This document shows positions 52,442 through 64,000 of a stretch of DNA of 64,000 nt, piece by piece. Origin of the DNA: Callorhinchus milii. Taxonomy: Eukaryota. The position numbers and the translations under genes were made by a program. Position 1 is the first letter of the stretch, and every line of letters starts with the position of its first letter. The stretch covers positions 18,664,001-18,728,000 of the forward strand of contig NW_024704742.1 in the NCBI RefSeq assembly GCF_018977255.1, given 5' to 3'. The notes beneath the pieces are model-generated. The model made no database searches and was not told the DNA's origin. It worked only from the letters and a program-made list of their open reading frames with translations.

Positions 52442-52644
52442 GGGTAAAATTCCACCTACACAGATTTATTCTATTAATGTGGAATTTCAGAGAGTCCTGA
52501 ATTTGCCAAATTCTTCAATACAGTCTTGAAGCTGGTTTTCTGTAGTTTTTTTCGAGAACTGAATTCAGCAATTTGCCAAATTCTGCACACTCTAAAATAC
52601 AAATTAATAGAATAAATCTAGCCCATGAATGGAATTTCTACCCC
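52442..52644. mobile_element. Palindromic MITE-like element with ~50-bp terminal inverted repeats
   Basis: Left gggtaaaattcca...agatttattctattaat versus right attaatagaataaatct...tggaatttctacccc; core related to 47251 and 63135. Confidence 0.75.
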
Positions 52645-53206
52645 TTAGGNTTTTTATTCTTATGCAAACAATATTCTTTATTGATAACAAACACATTTGC
52701 ATCAGTTTAATAATTCTGGTACACAATGGTATAACATATCTTCCAAAAATTGTATTCATTACTTGAATGCCTCTGAATGTCATTACCGGTTATGAATTTT
52801 TCTCCTCAACAGTGATTAATTTATATTTATTCTGCTTTTGAATCTGTTGCAACATTCTTATTATTATATGGTAATTAGTATGTAACTACTGGCAACCACA
52901 GGGAGTTGTGCAAAGTCTTCAGGCGAAAAACGTATCTCTGTTAATTTTGCATAATTTTCTCATGATTGTTTCATTCTTTTCAAACAAGACCAAGAAAATT
53001 TGGGGAGTGGCCGAAAGCGAGTGATGGGATAAAGGTCTCCTCATTCTTTGCTGGTTGTAAGGATCCTCTGTGATGTGAGCCCAAGCATTCTCAATTTGGT
53101 TCACTAGATGGCCCTAAATCCACAATCTCAGTCAAAAGAGGTTACAAGAGCATATGGTGTTGGTGATGAAAAATGTGACCCTGGTGTTGTAGAGAAGTTT
53201 ATAATA

Positions 53207-53316
53207 AAATAATAATCCTTACATTTGATATAGCGCCTTATCATGTCATTGAGATGTCTCAAAGCGATTCACAGAACATACTATAAAGTGAATTGATTGC
53301 ATACATTTTGTGGGCC
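53207..53316 (-). mobile_element. SINE 3' fragment
   Basis: aataatccttacatttgatatagcgcc... Confidence 0.82.
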
Positions 53317-53663
53317 ACTTACTTTGAGGTTAAACCACAGATCCGAGGGGCATCTGATTTGCATCTGATTTTGCTTCTTGGGAGTGGTTGTTAGGTGCCT
53401 GAAACAGGAAAATATTCTATGGCTTGATGATAACAGAAACCAAAATCTTATTTAACAAGTACTGAAGATTTAGAGGGGAAGAGAAGATTTTCCACCTACA
53501 AATTAGGTTGGCTTTTTCCTCCCCCATACTAGGTAACCATGAATAAAATCCACATCTACTTACATACTAAGAAAAGCATTATTCTCAACCTCTATCACAC
53601 AACACTATAAATGCATGTCCAAACTAGATGGCCAAGCACAAAACGCTCCCTTCTCCACCATGT

Positions 53664-54043
53664 GGAGTCCTATTTGTTAGAGCACTCTCTTCCAAAGAGA
53701 GAGGACGTGGTTTTGATTCCCTGCCAGGCAAAACCTTAGGCAGTTTTCCTTACTCCACACATCTCTGTGTACCTAGCAGTATGTAGGAACCGTTTCTTTA
53801 GCCGATTGGCAGATTGCTTTCCAGGGGTAATAATCCCATTAAAAATAAATAATAAGAAGAATTTGGTCACTCAATCCATGAATGTTTGTTGGACACTGCT
53901 GTGCACAATTGGCTGCAGCATATTGCCCACAAATTATACAGCCAATTCACTTTACGGTATATCCTGTGAAGCTCTTTGAGACGTCTCAACAACATGATAA
54001 GGCGCTATATCAAATGCAAGGATTATTATTATTATTATTATTA
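53664..54043 (+). mobile_element. SINE form B, full length
   Basis: Head, B segment and (TAT)n tail. Confidence 0.9.
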
Positions 54044-54565
54044 TATCAGTGATTGGATGTTTATCCACCCACTAACATTCCTTGAAACCATCCCTACCTT
54101 TCTGCGTCTCTCTAGAGAATAAGAGTAAACCGATTCTCACTTTGTATTTTCCACTTTAGAATTTGAAAGCAACTTAACAGTTGTGTGTGTGACACTAGCC
54201 TAATGGGTTTCCATTATGCATGACTCAGGGTTTCATGTATTATGAATTATTTGATTGATGCATCTTCATTAATTTATGCTGCCATATTAATTTGCAGTGC
54301 CAGCAGTCATGCTGTCTTCTCAAGAGTCCTTCAGCAGAGGAATGAAGATATTTTATCTCCTTCTCCCCCCTCTGATCCTTCTTAATTTATCTCATTTTAT
54401 GACATTCAGTACTTTCAGATGTTTAAGCCGCTTGAAACTGGGCACTGAACTACTAAAACAATTCAACCAATTGGCTGAAAATAGAAGGCTCCAATTGTAA
54501 TGTGCTCTGGAATTGAAGCAGTGTCGTTGCTCAAGTGGAAATTAGTCATTCAGAGGAAGTCTTTA

Positions 54566-55115
54566 TAATAATAATAATAATCCTTGCATTTGATATAGTG
54601 CTTCATTGAGACTTCTCAAAGCGCTTCACAGAATATACTGTAAAGTGGATTGACTATGTATTTTGTGGGTGAAACGCGCCAGCCAATTACGCACAGCAGT
54701 GTTCCACAAACAGTGTGAGTGACTAAATTTTTTGGGAATGAGTGACCACATTTTTTAATTCATTCATTATTTTTTTGGAAGAGGTTATTACCTCAGAAAA
54801 CAACAACAGGATTACATTTGTATAGCGAATTTCACGTCGGGAAGACGTCCCAAGGCGCTGGACAGAGTACAGCATTTCAGACCCGAGCTGGGGTTGGCAG
54901 GGAGAAGGGAGGGGAGGGGAAGGGGGGTGGCCAATGGCATGGTCGAAGAGGAAAAGCGATCATTAATTGACTAACAATCGGGTTCCTACTTACTGCTAGG
55001 TAAACAGAGGCGTGTGGAGTAAGGAAACTTGCCTAAGGTTTTGTCCTGCCCAGGAATTGAATCCAGGACCTCTCGTTTGCGTGGCAAGTGCTCTAACCAA
55101 TGTGCTACAGACTCC
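54566..55115 (-). mobile_element. SINE form B interrupted by an L2 3' end
   Basis: Host breaks at cctcagaaaa and resumes at gaaaagcgatc. Confidence 0.9.
54801..54950 (-). mobile_element. 150-bp L2 3' end inserted in SINE-B, apparent target-site duplication GAAAA
   Basis: caacaacaggattacatttgtatagcg..ttcacgtcgggaagacgtcccaaggcgctggac..., flanked by gaaaa on both sides. Confidence 0.85.
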
Positions 55116-56344
55116 AGAAGCTTACAACTTTCACATACAGCAAAATAAAATGCTTGGGATACATTCTGAACTACAAGCATTTCCTTGGAGTGCATTTATG
55201 TGTTCTTTTTGCTTGTTTTTCTAAATGAAAACAAAGAATAAGGCATACTACAGGGAAACCTCATTATAGTTTGCTGGGTCCAGTGGCTTAATGGCCAAGT
55301 TATTAGTGAGATGTACAAAAATGGCCGACTTCCAGATAATCAGGTTGCAACTGATGTCACTTTCTCTACAAAATAACATTAGAATCTCCTATGTATAGCA
55401 CGCATGCGTACAGAAAGTGACATTAATAGTGACCGGACGACCTAATGTTTTGGCACTGGAAGCCAGGTGTACAGTGCTTCTGGGTCAACATCAACAGTAA
55501 CAGCTTGCATTTAAATAGAAGTTCTTCATGTGGGATTGGAAATCGGAGTTCTGAGCCAGGAAGAGAGGTAGGTGATGGTAGGCACAGTTGAAGAGGAAGG
55601 TCTCCAATAGACTACAAGCAATGCAGCAATATATCAAAGTGCGCTAAAGCTCTATATCATGAAGAACTGATATTCTCATTGAAAATATCAATATGGAACA
55701 ATATATTAATTCTTTTTAACAGGCTGCAGTCTTTTTCTTTGAACAATATTATCTGGTTATATCGGTTACTTAACTTTTGCTTGTCAAGAGGCAGTCCTGA
55801 AAGTTTCTGATTTCAAGACATTCATCCTAGTCTACAACATGAAGACAAATTATTGTTGTGGTAGTTGTAAAATCTGCTGTGGTCTATTTTTTACTGGTGA
55901 CATTGTCTAGGTTACTGAATATTACAATCAGGCATATGTTTGTCCACAAGAGCTGATGCAAAATGCTGCAATACGTTGACTAGTTTAGCAGAAGGTTTAG
56001 CAATGATAGCTAAGGTCATTAGGCTAAGTATCTGAATAATTCATGTTTATAGAATGGGTTTTATTATAATTATATGAATTAAGCAGATAGGGTAGATATA
56101 TTTACTCAAGCTAATCTGGATTCAAGTCTTGCTATCAATGGCTTATGCGGAACTTGTTTCAGCATTTTTGCAGACTTTATTAAACAGAATGAATCGCATC
56201 TAGATCAGGCAATCTAAATTAAACAAATATATCAAAACAAGTTGTTATTAGCATTCAAAGGAGGATTTCCATATGTTTGGATTCATCAAGAAATAAAGTG
56301 CGGTCTGTAATCCTTAACTGAGAATATCTCCTACTTTTCTCTTG

Positions 56345-56565
56345 TGTTTTCAGCCACTCAGCCCCAAAGCTCTGGAACACTCTCCTTCAATCCCTCCGCC
56401 TTGTCTTCTCTCCCCTCCTTTTAAAGACCTGCCTGAAAATCTTCCTTTTCAACCATGCTTATGGTCACCTCCTTCCCCAGCTCAGAGTCAGGCTCCGCTG
56501 CTGCTAAGCACTCTGAGGTGCTGCCTTGCAAGGAGGGTGCTATATAAGTGCAAATTGTTGTTGTT
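56345..56565 (+). mobile_element. Old L2 3' end
   Basis: ttttcagccactcagccccaaagctctggaac...gtgctatataagtgcaaattgttgttgtt. Confidence 0.7.
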
Positions 56566-59500
56566 TCAGATAGTATCTTAATATATGGCGTCTGGATCAG
56601 GAATTCCATGTAGGATTAAAGGACAAGTGAGTTGATGCAATACAATTGAATGTAAGTCAGTTCCTCATTTTTCCCGAGCTAGCTTTACCAATGCTGCAGT
56701 AGCTGGGATAGCCGTAGGGTTAATGTTTGTAAGCTACGAATGACACGTTTTAAAGCTTTATATAAAAGCACTGAATATATTCCAATCAATGTTAGTGATA
56801 ATTTGAATTGCAACAACAACTTGTATTTACCAATCCAAATTGTAGCTGAATGCAACAACAACAACTTGCATTTATACAGTGGACTTCACACAGGGATAGT
56901 GTCTGAGGTCACAGCACAAGGTTGGGTGCCGAGCAAGGGAAAAGAGGGAGACGAGAGATGATATAGGCATGTTCGAAGAGATAGGTCTTACGGTGGGATT
57001 TAAACAGTAACAAGGAAGCACAAATATTTGTGATGTGATAATTATTGCGACACTGAGCTACAGAGTTCAACTTTTATTACCTTTGTGCTTCTATTTGCAT
57101 GGTGATGCTTTAATATATATCTTATCAGAAAGGCTGGCAAGTTGGTTTAATGGTTCTTCAGTATATTTACTAAATTTTGTAATATGAAAGCAGAGGATAG
57201 TTCAACATTAACTTCTCGACAAATTCTGAAAGCAAATCATTGAACAGGACTTTAGGACCTATTGACAGAAGATAAACTGACTGCCTGTTGTGGTGGTGTC
57301 AAAAGGAAAGAATTCATTTTAAACATTTTCTTTTGAATGTACCCCAAATTGTTGATATTTTATTGTTAAAACTCTGATTCTGTATATATGAGGTCCGTCA
57401 ATGCTCCTCAAACTCTAGCCCAAACATCTAAACCCAAGGTTGTTTCAAACATTTGGAAATATTGTGAAATTCTGAATTATGGCAATGCTGTGGAATTTTT
57501 GAAACTCTTAATTTCATGACTTCGTCCAAGTCTTGAACCGACCTATCACAGATGATAATGTGTTTTGTGTGCCTGAAGATGCACATTTCCCAAAAAGACA
57601 CATTTTCTAAAGAGGCACATTTTGCTTTTGGTGAATTGTTTGACAGGAATGAAGAGTTCAACTTCAGAAAGGTACAACAATATTTGTTTTGATCTCTTAG
57701 TTTGCTTTCCATTTTCACTATTTTCTGACACAATTACATGGTACAAGTTTTAAATAGTCTGAATGGGGGTTAACTTACTGTCAATGATGCTGTGTTTAAG
57801 ATGCTATGAACTGTGATAACTGAACAATATGTGGTGTGTATGATTAGACAGTTAAGTAATCCATAACCTGCTACTCCATAAATGCCTAAATAAATGCCTA
57901 AATGCATAAATAATTTGACAGTCTGATAATACCCTTATTTGCATTACAACACCAGTGCTATGAAATACATTTGAACAGTCAGGGCCTATTTTTTAACAAT
58001 TTTAAAGAGTAAAATATAAAGGAGTAATTTGTCAGTGAAGACTGGATTATCTGTCTGTTACTGGTCCAAAAGAAACATAAATCAAATGGTTGAAAGGGCT
58101 GCTGATTATTGCAAAACAGGTGAAATACATTGTCCCAGTATCTGAGATAAACCAGTCAATTTAGACAGCCAGAAACTTCGGAAATAATGTGCATTAAGGA
58201 AAGCCATTGAACTACAAATGATCTCGAGCTATCTGTGGATCACTTGATGAATGCACAGCTGCCAGCAAAGAGGTAACAAGCAATGAACCAACTTGCTGAT
58301 ACAGAGTCGATGTTCTTGCCAAATCTACCCACAACAGAGCCACTGCCAATGATCAACAGCAAAGTGATGAATCCATGTGTGAAATGTGGTTTGCTATTTT
58401 TAGAGTGTTTTAAACACGGAATGACAAGGCACTGTCAACTGCAGGTGATGTCTAGGCAACTAGTAATAGAAGCTTCAGCAGAACACAACAGGAATTAATG
58501 ATCAAGAGCCTCTCACATCACTCCTCCCATGTAGAAATACAACCCCCTAGATCCATCTCCTCATCTGATATACTCCTTCTCCTTCTTTCCCTTCTTCAAT
58601 TTTCTACCTCTCTCCCTGCTGTCAAGTTCTTCTGAATAATGTTTCTCTTTGACTGGCCGTGGTCAACATAAAGCTCTTATATTCAGCGTCTTGGGATGTC
58701 CTCCCAACGTGAAAGGCGCTATACAAATGTAATCTTGTTGTTTCTGCTGTTGTTGTGTTCCTGATCAACATCCAATACTATAGCTGAGAAGCACTCTGAG
58801 TACTTCCTCTATGTGAAATGCCACATATCCACGCACCAAGTATCCATATATTCATTTATCTTGCTTTCTATTTCTGATGTGGAAGTAAATTCAGAGCTGC
58901 AAGATACCAGTAAACAAATCCAGTTCCATGCACCTCAGCAAATGCATTTACATTTATTTTTTGCTAGAAACACAATGTGTTTATTTAACAGTGTACAGTG
59001 TGGGAAGAGAATCAGAAAAAGAAACAGAAAGTCAGAAACAATGAGATAGAGAAAAAGAAAATCATAGAGAGGGATATGGAGATACAGAAAGTTAAGAAAG
59101 ATTTAGAGAGAGAAAGAGACTCAGAAGAGAGAGCATTCCAGAGAGAAGGAAAGAGTGAAATAATCAACTAGAGAATATTAGAGAGAGAATGGCTGGCATA
59201 GTGTGGTACTACAATGACAGTATAGCTTCTGATGGATGAATGGTTTGAATAGTGCTTTAGATCATTTATGTTTTGTATAATGTTCAATTATGCACACTGT
59301 TTCTTTAGCCCTAATTGAGCCAGCCCCAATTAGGACAGGTAATTGTCTCTCTGCTATATACAAGTGCAAGCTATTGGCCTTGTGATCTAGCAAAGTATTT
59401 GATCTCTGACAAACCACATAGCCACATGTCAAAGACCACCTTAATATACTCAGATAGATCCAACCCGTGAAATGTTGTATGTATCTATTATATTGGTGAC

Positions 59501-59873
59501 TGTTTTGCTAACAAAGGAAAAGGGAGAATATTTTTTTTCTAAAATTCCTGATACCAGTTGATGTTTCTAGTTCTTTTCTGCAGTTTTGGTCTGCAAACAT
59601 GCTTATTAGTGTTTAATATCATGGTGTTGCAGAACAGATGGTATTGTTTTCTGTGCAAGGATCTTACTTGTTTTCAACAATTGTTCTTCACTAAGTAGAT
59701 ATATTTTCAACAGTATTGCACGTCAGACAATTGATATTGTCTGGAAGTCACTAAACAATGACCCATAGAGGCTGTTTTCCTAAATATCAAGTCAGTATCA
59801 GTAGCCAACTCGAGTACTTTCATATTGCAAATTGCACAAAAATTTTCATCTTGCAGTTCATCATTTGATTTGT

Positions 59874-60190
59874 GGAGACCTGTAGCTCAGTGGTTAGAGC
59901 ACTCGCTTTGCAAGCGAGAGACCTGAGTTCAATTCCAGGCAGGGCGAAACCTTGGGCAAGTTTCCTTACCCCACACGCTTAATAATAATCCCTCCAAAAC
60001 CAAAACAATAATAAATTGGTCATTTTCAATCTACGATTGTTTGTGGGACATTGCTGTGCGCAATTGGCTGCCGCGTTCGCCCACAAATATACAGTCAATT
60101 CACTTTACAGTGTGTTCTGTGAAGCGCTTTGGGACATCCTCCCACCGTGAAAAGCGCTATATCAAATGCAAGAATTATTATTATTATTAT
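59874..60190 (+). mobile_element. SINE form A, full length, young
   Basis: Near consensus; intact anticodon arm ctcgc-tttgcaa-gcgag. Confidence 0.96.
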
Positions 60191-60344
60191 CATATCGGTT
60201 CATCACTTCACTGTTGATATTCTGTACAAATCTGGCAAAAACATTGTCTCAGTTATCAGCAAGTTAAATCATTGCTTTTTACCTCTTTGCTTTCAGATGT
60301 GCATTCATCAAGTGATGCACAAATATCTCAAGTTGGAGTCCTGT

Positions 60345-60674
60345 GGAGTCCTGTGGCTCAGTGGTTAGAGCACTCGCTTTGCAAGTGAGAGACCTGAGTT
60401 CAATTCCAGGCAGGGCGAAACCTTGGGCAAGTTTCCTTACTCCACACGCCTAATAATAATCCCTCCAAAACTAAAAACAATAATAAATTGGTCATTTTCA
60501 ATCTACGACTGTTTGTGGGACATTGCTGTGCGCAATTGGCTGCCGCGTTTGCCCACAAATATACAGTCAATTCACTTTACAGTGTACTCTGTGAAGCGCT
60601 TTGGGACGTCCTCCCGACGTGAAAAGCGCTATATCAAATGCAAGGATTATTATTATATTATTATTTATTATTAT
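60345..60674 (+). mobile_element. SINE form A, full length, young, with the first 10 nt duplicated upstream
   Basis: Near consensus; ggagtcctgt at both 60335 and 60345. Confidence 0.96.
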
Positions 60675-61169
60675 AAGTTCAATTGTAGTTCAATGGTTTT
60701 CCTTAATGGATATTATTTGGAAGTTCCCAAATGTCTTTAAATGAATCACGGTTATCTCACACAATATATTTTGCATTGTGAGCAATAATCACCAGCTCTG
60801 TCACTATTTGCTTTGTTTTCCCTCTCTTATATTAGTAATTTTGTAATGTTGTCATTTCAAAATGTAATTTTGTTGTTGCTGTTATTAGTAGCGTGCAAAT
60901 AATCCATTTCCACTGACAAATTATTCCTGTACAATGTACATTTTTATAATTATTAACACAGGATTGAACTGTCCAAAAACATATTATTGCAACGCAGGGA
61001 TCAAAATGCAAATCACAAAAACTATTTTCAGACTGTCATTTGTTGGGGGCACTTATGTAGTAGCACTTCATAAAGAATGAGTAACTCTCATCTTGGCCCA
61101 GTATCTCAGAAATGTATTCTAAGCGAGCTATGAAAAATGGGTTGTCAGGTCAATGTGTTCCTGTGCATC

Positions 61170-61445
61170 TTGGACTCTGGGAATGAGTTCCAGAGAGTGG
61201 GAGCAGATATGCTCAAAGCCTGACCGCCGATGGTAGGCTAGATGGGGCGGGGGATGAGAAGCAGGCCGATGTCTGCTGAGTGGAGGAAATGGCCAGGTTG
61301 GTAGGTTTGAAGAGGTCACAGAGGAAGTTGGGCAAGACTATGGAGGGATTTAAAGGTTACACGACGATCTAGAACTCAATCCACTGGAGGATGGGAGAGA
61401 GTGGAGCTTCGCGAGGATGGGAGTGATGGTCTTGCAGAGCCTAGA
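61170..61445 (-). mobile_element. Old L2 ORF2 C-terminal fragment
   Basis: ggaatgagttccagagagtgggagcag...ccgccgatggtagg...ctatggagggatttaaagg resembles the L2 at 3090-3350. Confidence 0.72.
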
Positions 61446-63088
61446 TGGGGTGATAGGCTCACTAGATGGCTAGATGGGGGTGATTACCAGTAGCAATACA
61501 GAACAAATTCACACTTATATAGCCTTTTATGTCAGGAGGACATCCCGAGGTGCTTAACATTCCTGGCGTGGCAGTTCTTCTTACTGGTGATGTAATTCTG
61601 GTGAACTTCTAACGTGGTTTGACTCCCATCTCAGCCCCAGTTGCCTACCAAATATGAAGAAAACAGTCTTGTGAACTTGACACTTGAAATCATATAGACC
61701 TGAAATAAACGCTGCACTTCCTCCAAGCACTCCAAACTTCCAATCATTAACTGTTTCCATAGTTTCTCATCTACCTTCCTGGAGTCCGGCTGAAAATAAA
61801 ATCTTCATACACTTCTTGCATTAACTTACATTTATCGTTATTGAAATTCAGTTGCCAGTGATCAGCGTAGATCACAAGGTAATAATATAATGTCCTCTGT
61901 GCAAAACAATGACCCGCTCTAGATCTAAATAGGTTATATCAGAGAGAAACTGTCTTCATAATACATTAGACCAGGTTGTATTTTAGTTCTGCATTCTGTC
62001 ATGTTGATCTTCATGCATTTAAAACTCAGTTCAGAATCTGAGTTTACAAATAGTGGAGTCAGAGTAGAGCACTACTGATACATTCCTGGCTCATCACATG
62101 TTTCAAATATAGAAATGTAGCTCAACAGCAATCCATTGCTAATCCCAATGAAACAAACCAGTCTTCCTTTGCACCCTCCTTTAAAACAAAAAACCCTGAT
62201 ATACAATTGAAGTCAGTGGATAGCTAGAGATAAGATATGCTTGATACAATAAGCCATGAACAAACAGAACACAGACAATGGTCGAAAAACCTTCCAAACA
62301 TGAAAGAATTTTGGCCTCTCAGTTAGGTTAATTTGAATGTTGAATTCCAGCATTTTTCATGGATAAAATGAACAAACGATACAATTGAAAGTCTGCAGTT
62401 GCATATCCATCAAGAAGGTTATATCAGGGATTATAGGGGTGAATGTTTCTTTAGTGCTTAGATTTTAGTTTCAGTTGTCTAACTGCAGAATGGTTAGAAC
62501 GTGGTGTGGACAGATTTGATATTCTTGTTAGATGTACTGCTGACGCATTGAACAAAGATTTCTTGTTTAGAATCATATCATTTTAGTTGCACACCAGTTC
62601 TGATGAATGACAAAACTTCAGACTATCTTTGTCTGTTAGATGTGTTTGACCTGTTGTGCATGTTCAGCATTTTCTATTTTTATCTCAGGTTTCAAGTATT
62701 CACAAATGTTTTCACTTCCTTACATGTTGGTATCATATTTATTTTGAGAAGATATTTTGATCATGTTGCTGTAGTGTTAACCAGATATTCCTAGATTTTC
62801 CCAGACAGAATACGCATAGATTCTTGTCTCTTGCTCTTTCTGCTTTACTCCATCTATAACAAAAACAACTGTATACAAATTTATACAATCCTTCACTCAG
62901 GATAGCATTTCAGAGCGCTGCCCTGCTTTCATTACACTTTTCATTCTTTCTCTTTGAAATCAAATGTACAGCACTAATTTCCTCACCACATTCACAATAG
63001 AAGAAGGGTTTAAGTGTGGATACTGGTTGCTGTATAAGATCAGGAATCCTAAGCAATTATGTTCAGAGGAAACTGGATAACTCAGTAT

Positions 63089-63303
63089 CTGAAATTCCAA
63101 CAGGTAAGATCATTTTGTCTTAAAATTTAACGTTATACAGAATTTTTAAAAATTCTTAACTCTCGTCTTAATTTAAAAGCCAGTTTGATGTTTAAGAACT
63201 ATGAGAAAACAAGCTTCCAAATGAAGAGTGAATTTTACAATTCTATCTAATCTTAAAATTAAAATTTTAGTTTTGTAGGCTAAAGGCTTGCTTGGAATTT
63301 CAG
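63089..63303. mobile_element. Palindromic MITE-like family copy with perfect 12-bp outer inverted repeat
   Basis: ctgaaattccaa (63089-63100) and ttggaatttcag (63292-63303); core homologous to the reverse complement of 47251-47370. Confidence 0.7.
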
Positions 63304-63629
63304 GTCTCAAATGTTTATTTCAGACTGTGGGAGACACTTTAATATGCCAGGAATGTGTCCTACCGCTGACAGATCCTTGGACAAGGTTGTGACAGAGTTA
63401 TAAGACAAGCTGCAAGCAAATCAGCTTCCAACAAAATTTAGTTGCTTAGTTGGTGTGTTTTGAAAAACTTTGGTTATAATCAATACAGTTACAGTTTAGT
63501 ACAAAAAGGATCATGATGCATGTGGTAACCAACACACCAACAATAAGTTAAGTGATCACATTCCTTTTGTTTATTATTTTGCAGTAAAATTACAGAATGG
63601 CTGCTTACTGCATTGAGAAAAGCAGATTG

Positions 63630-64000
63630 CTGCCCCCAAACATCCTGGCTCCTTCCTCACTGATATTTCTTCTTCTCTTATCCCTGTCCCTCCTCACTGA
63701 ACACCTGCTCATAATGGGTGATTTCAACCTCCACCTAAACTCCCCTTGCAACACCTCCTCAGATTTCACTGCCCTCCTCTCCTCCCTAAACCTCACCCTC
63801 CATATCGACTCGCCAATCCACAACCGAGGTCACTCCCTCGACCTTGTCATCACACATGGCCTTGACATTTCTGATCTGTCCATCACTGACAAGGCCATCT
63901 CGGACCACTTCCTCATCTCCCTCTCCTCCCACATCCCCCTCCCTCTTGCACCATCTTTTTCCACCCCTAGAAAAAGCTTCCTTCTGAGTCCCTCACAAAT
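63630..64000 (+). mobile_element. L2 LINE ORF2 apurinic-like endonuclease fragment, running to the window end
   Basis: LLIMGDFNLHLNSP...IDSPIHNRGHSLDLVITHGLDISDLSITDKAISDHFLISL contains the GDFN, TH.RG.LDL and SDH endonuclease motifs. Confidence 0.92.

Noticed and set aside
59005..59190. GA-rich stretch
   Set aside because: Low-complexity decayed (GA)n with no defined structure
63001..63103. Apparent + strand exon ending CAG|GTAAGA (KKGLSVDTGCC...)
   Set aside because: The donor lies inside the left end of the palindromic element (63089 onward) and the peptide is unrecognised; exonisation cannot be supported without RNA data

Overview
This is AT-rich vertebrate genomic DNA (intronic or intergenic), not prokaryotic. 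The repeat content points to a cartilaginous fish, most likely a chimaera such as Callorhinchus milii; this is inferred from the SINE, L2, CR1 and Penelope types. No complete protein-coding gene could be identified, and most listed ORFs are spurious or fragments of decayed LINE ORF2. The window holds: (i) many copies of a tRNA-Ala-headed SINE in a young short form (A) and an older long form (B); (ii) older DeuSINE (SacSINE1-like) relics; (iii) L2 and CR1 LINE fragments; (iv) a Penelope-like relic carrying a degenerate hammerhead ribozyme; (v) an AT-rich palindromic MITE-like family with about six copies; (vi) an unclassified ~450-bp interspersed repeat; (vii) microsatellites, including ~52 GAA units at a SINE tail. 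A few possible small exons are flagged at low confidence. I found no convincing new multi-gene system. The best leads are the palindromic element family, the hammerhead relic, nested and templated insertions, and the modular SINE architecture. Boundaries of old elements were estimated by eye and are approximate.
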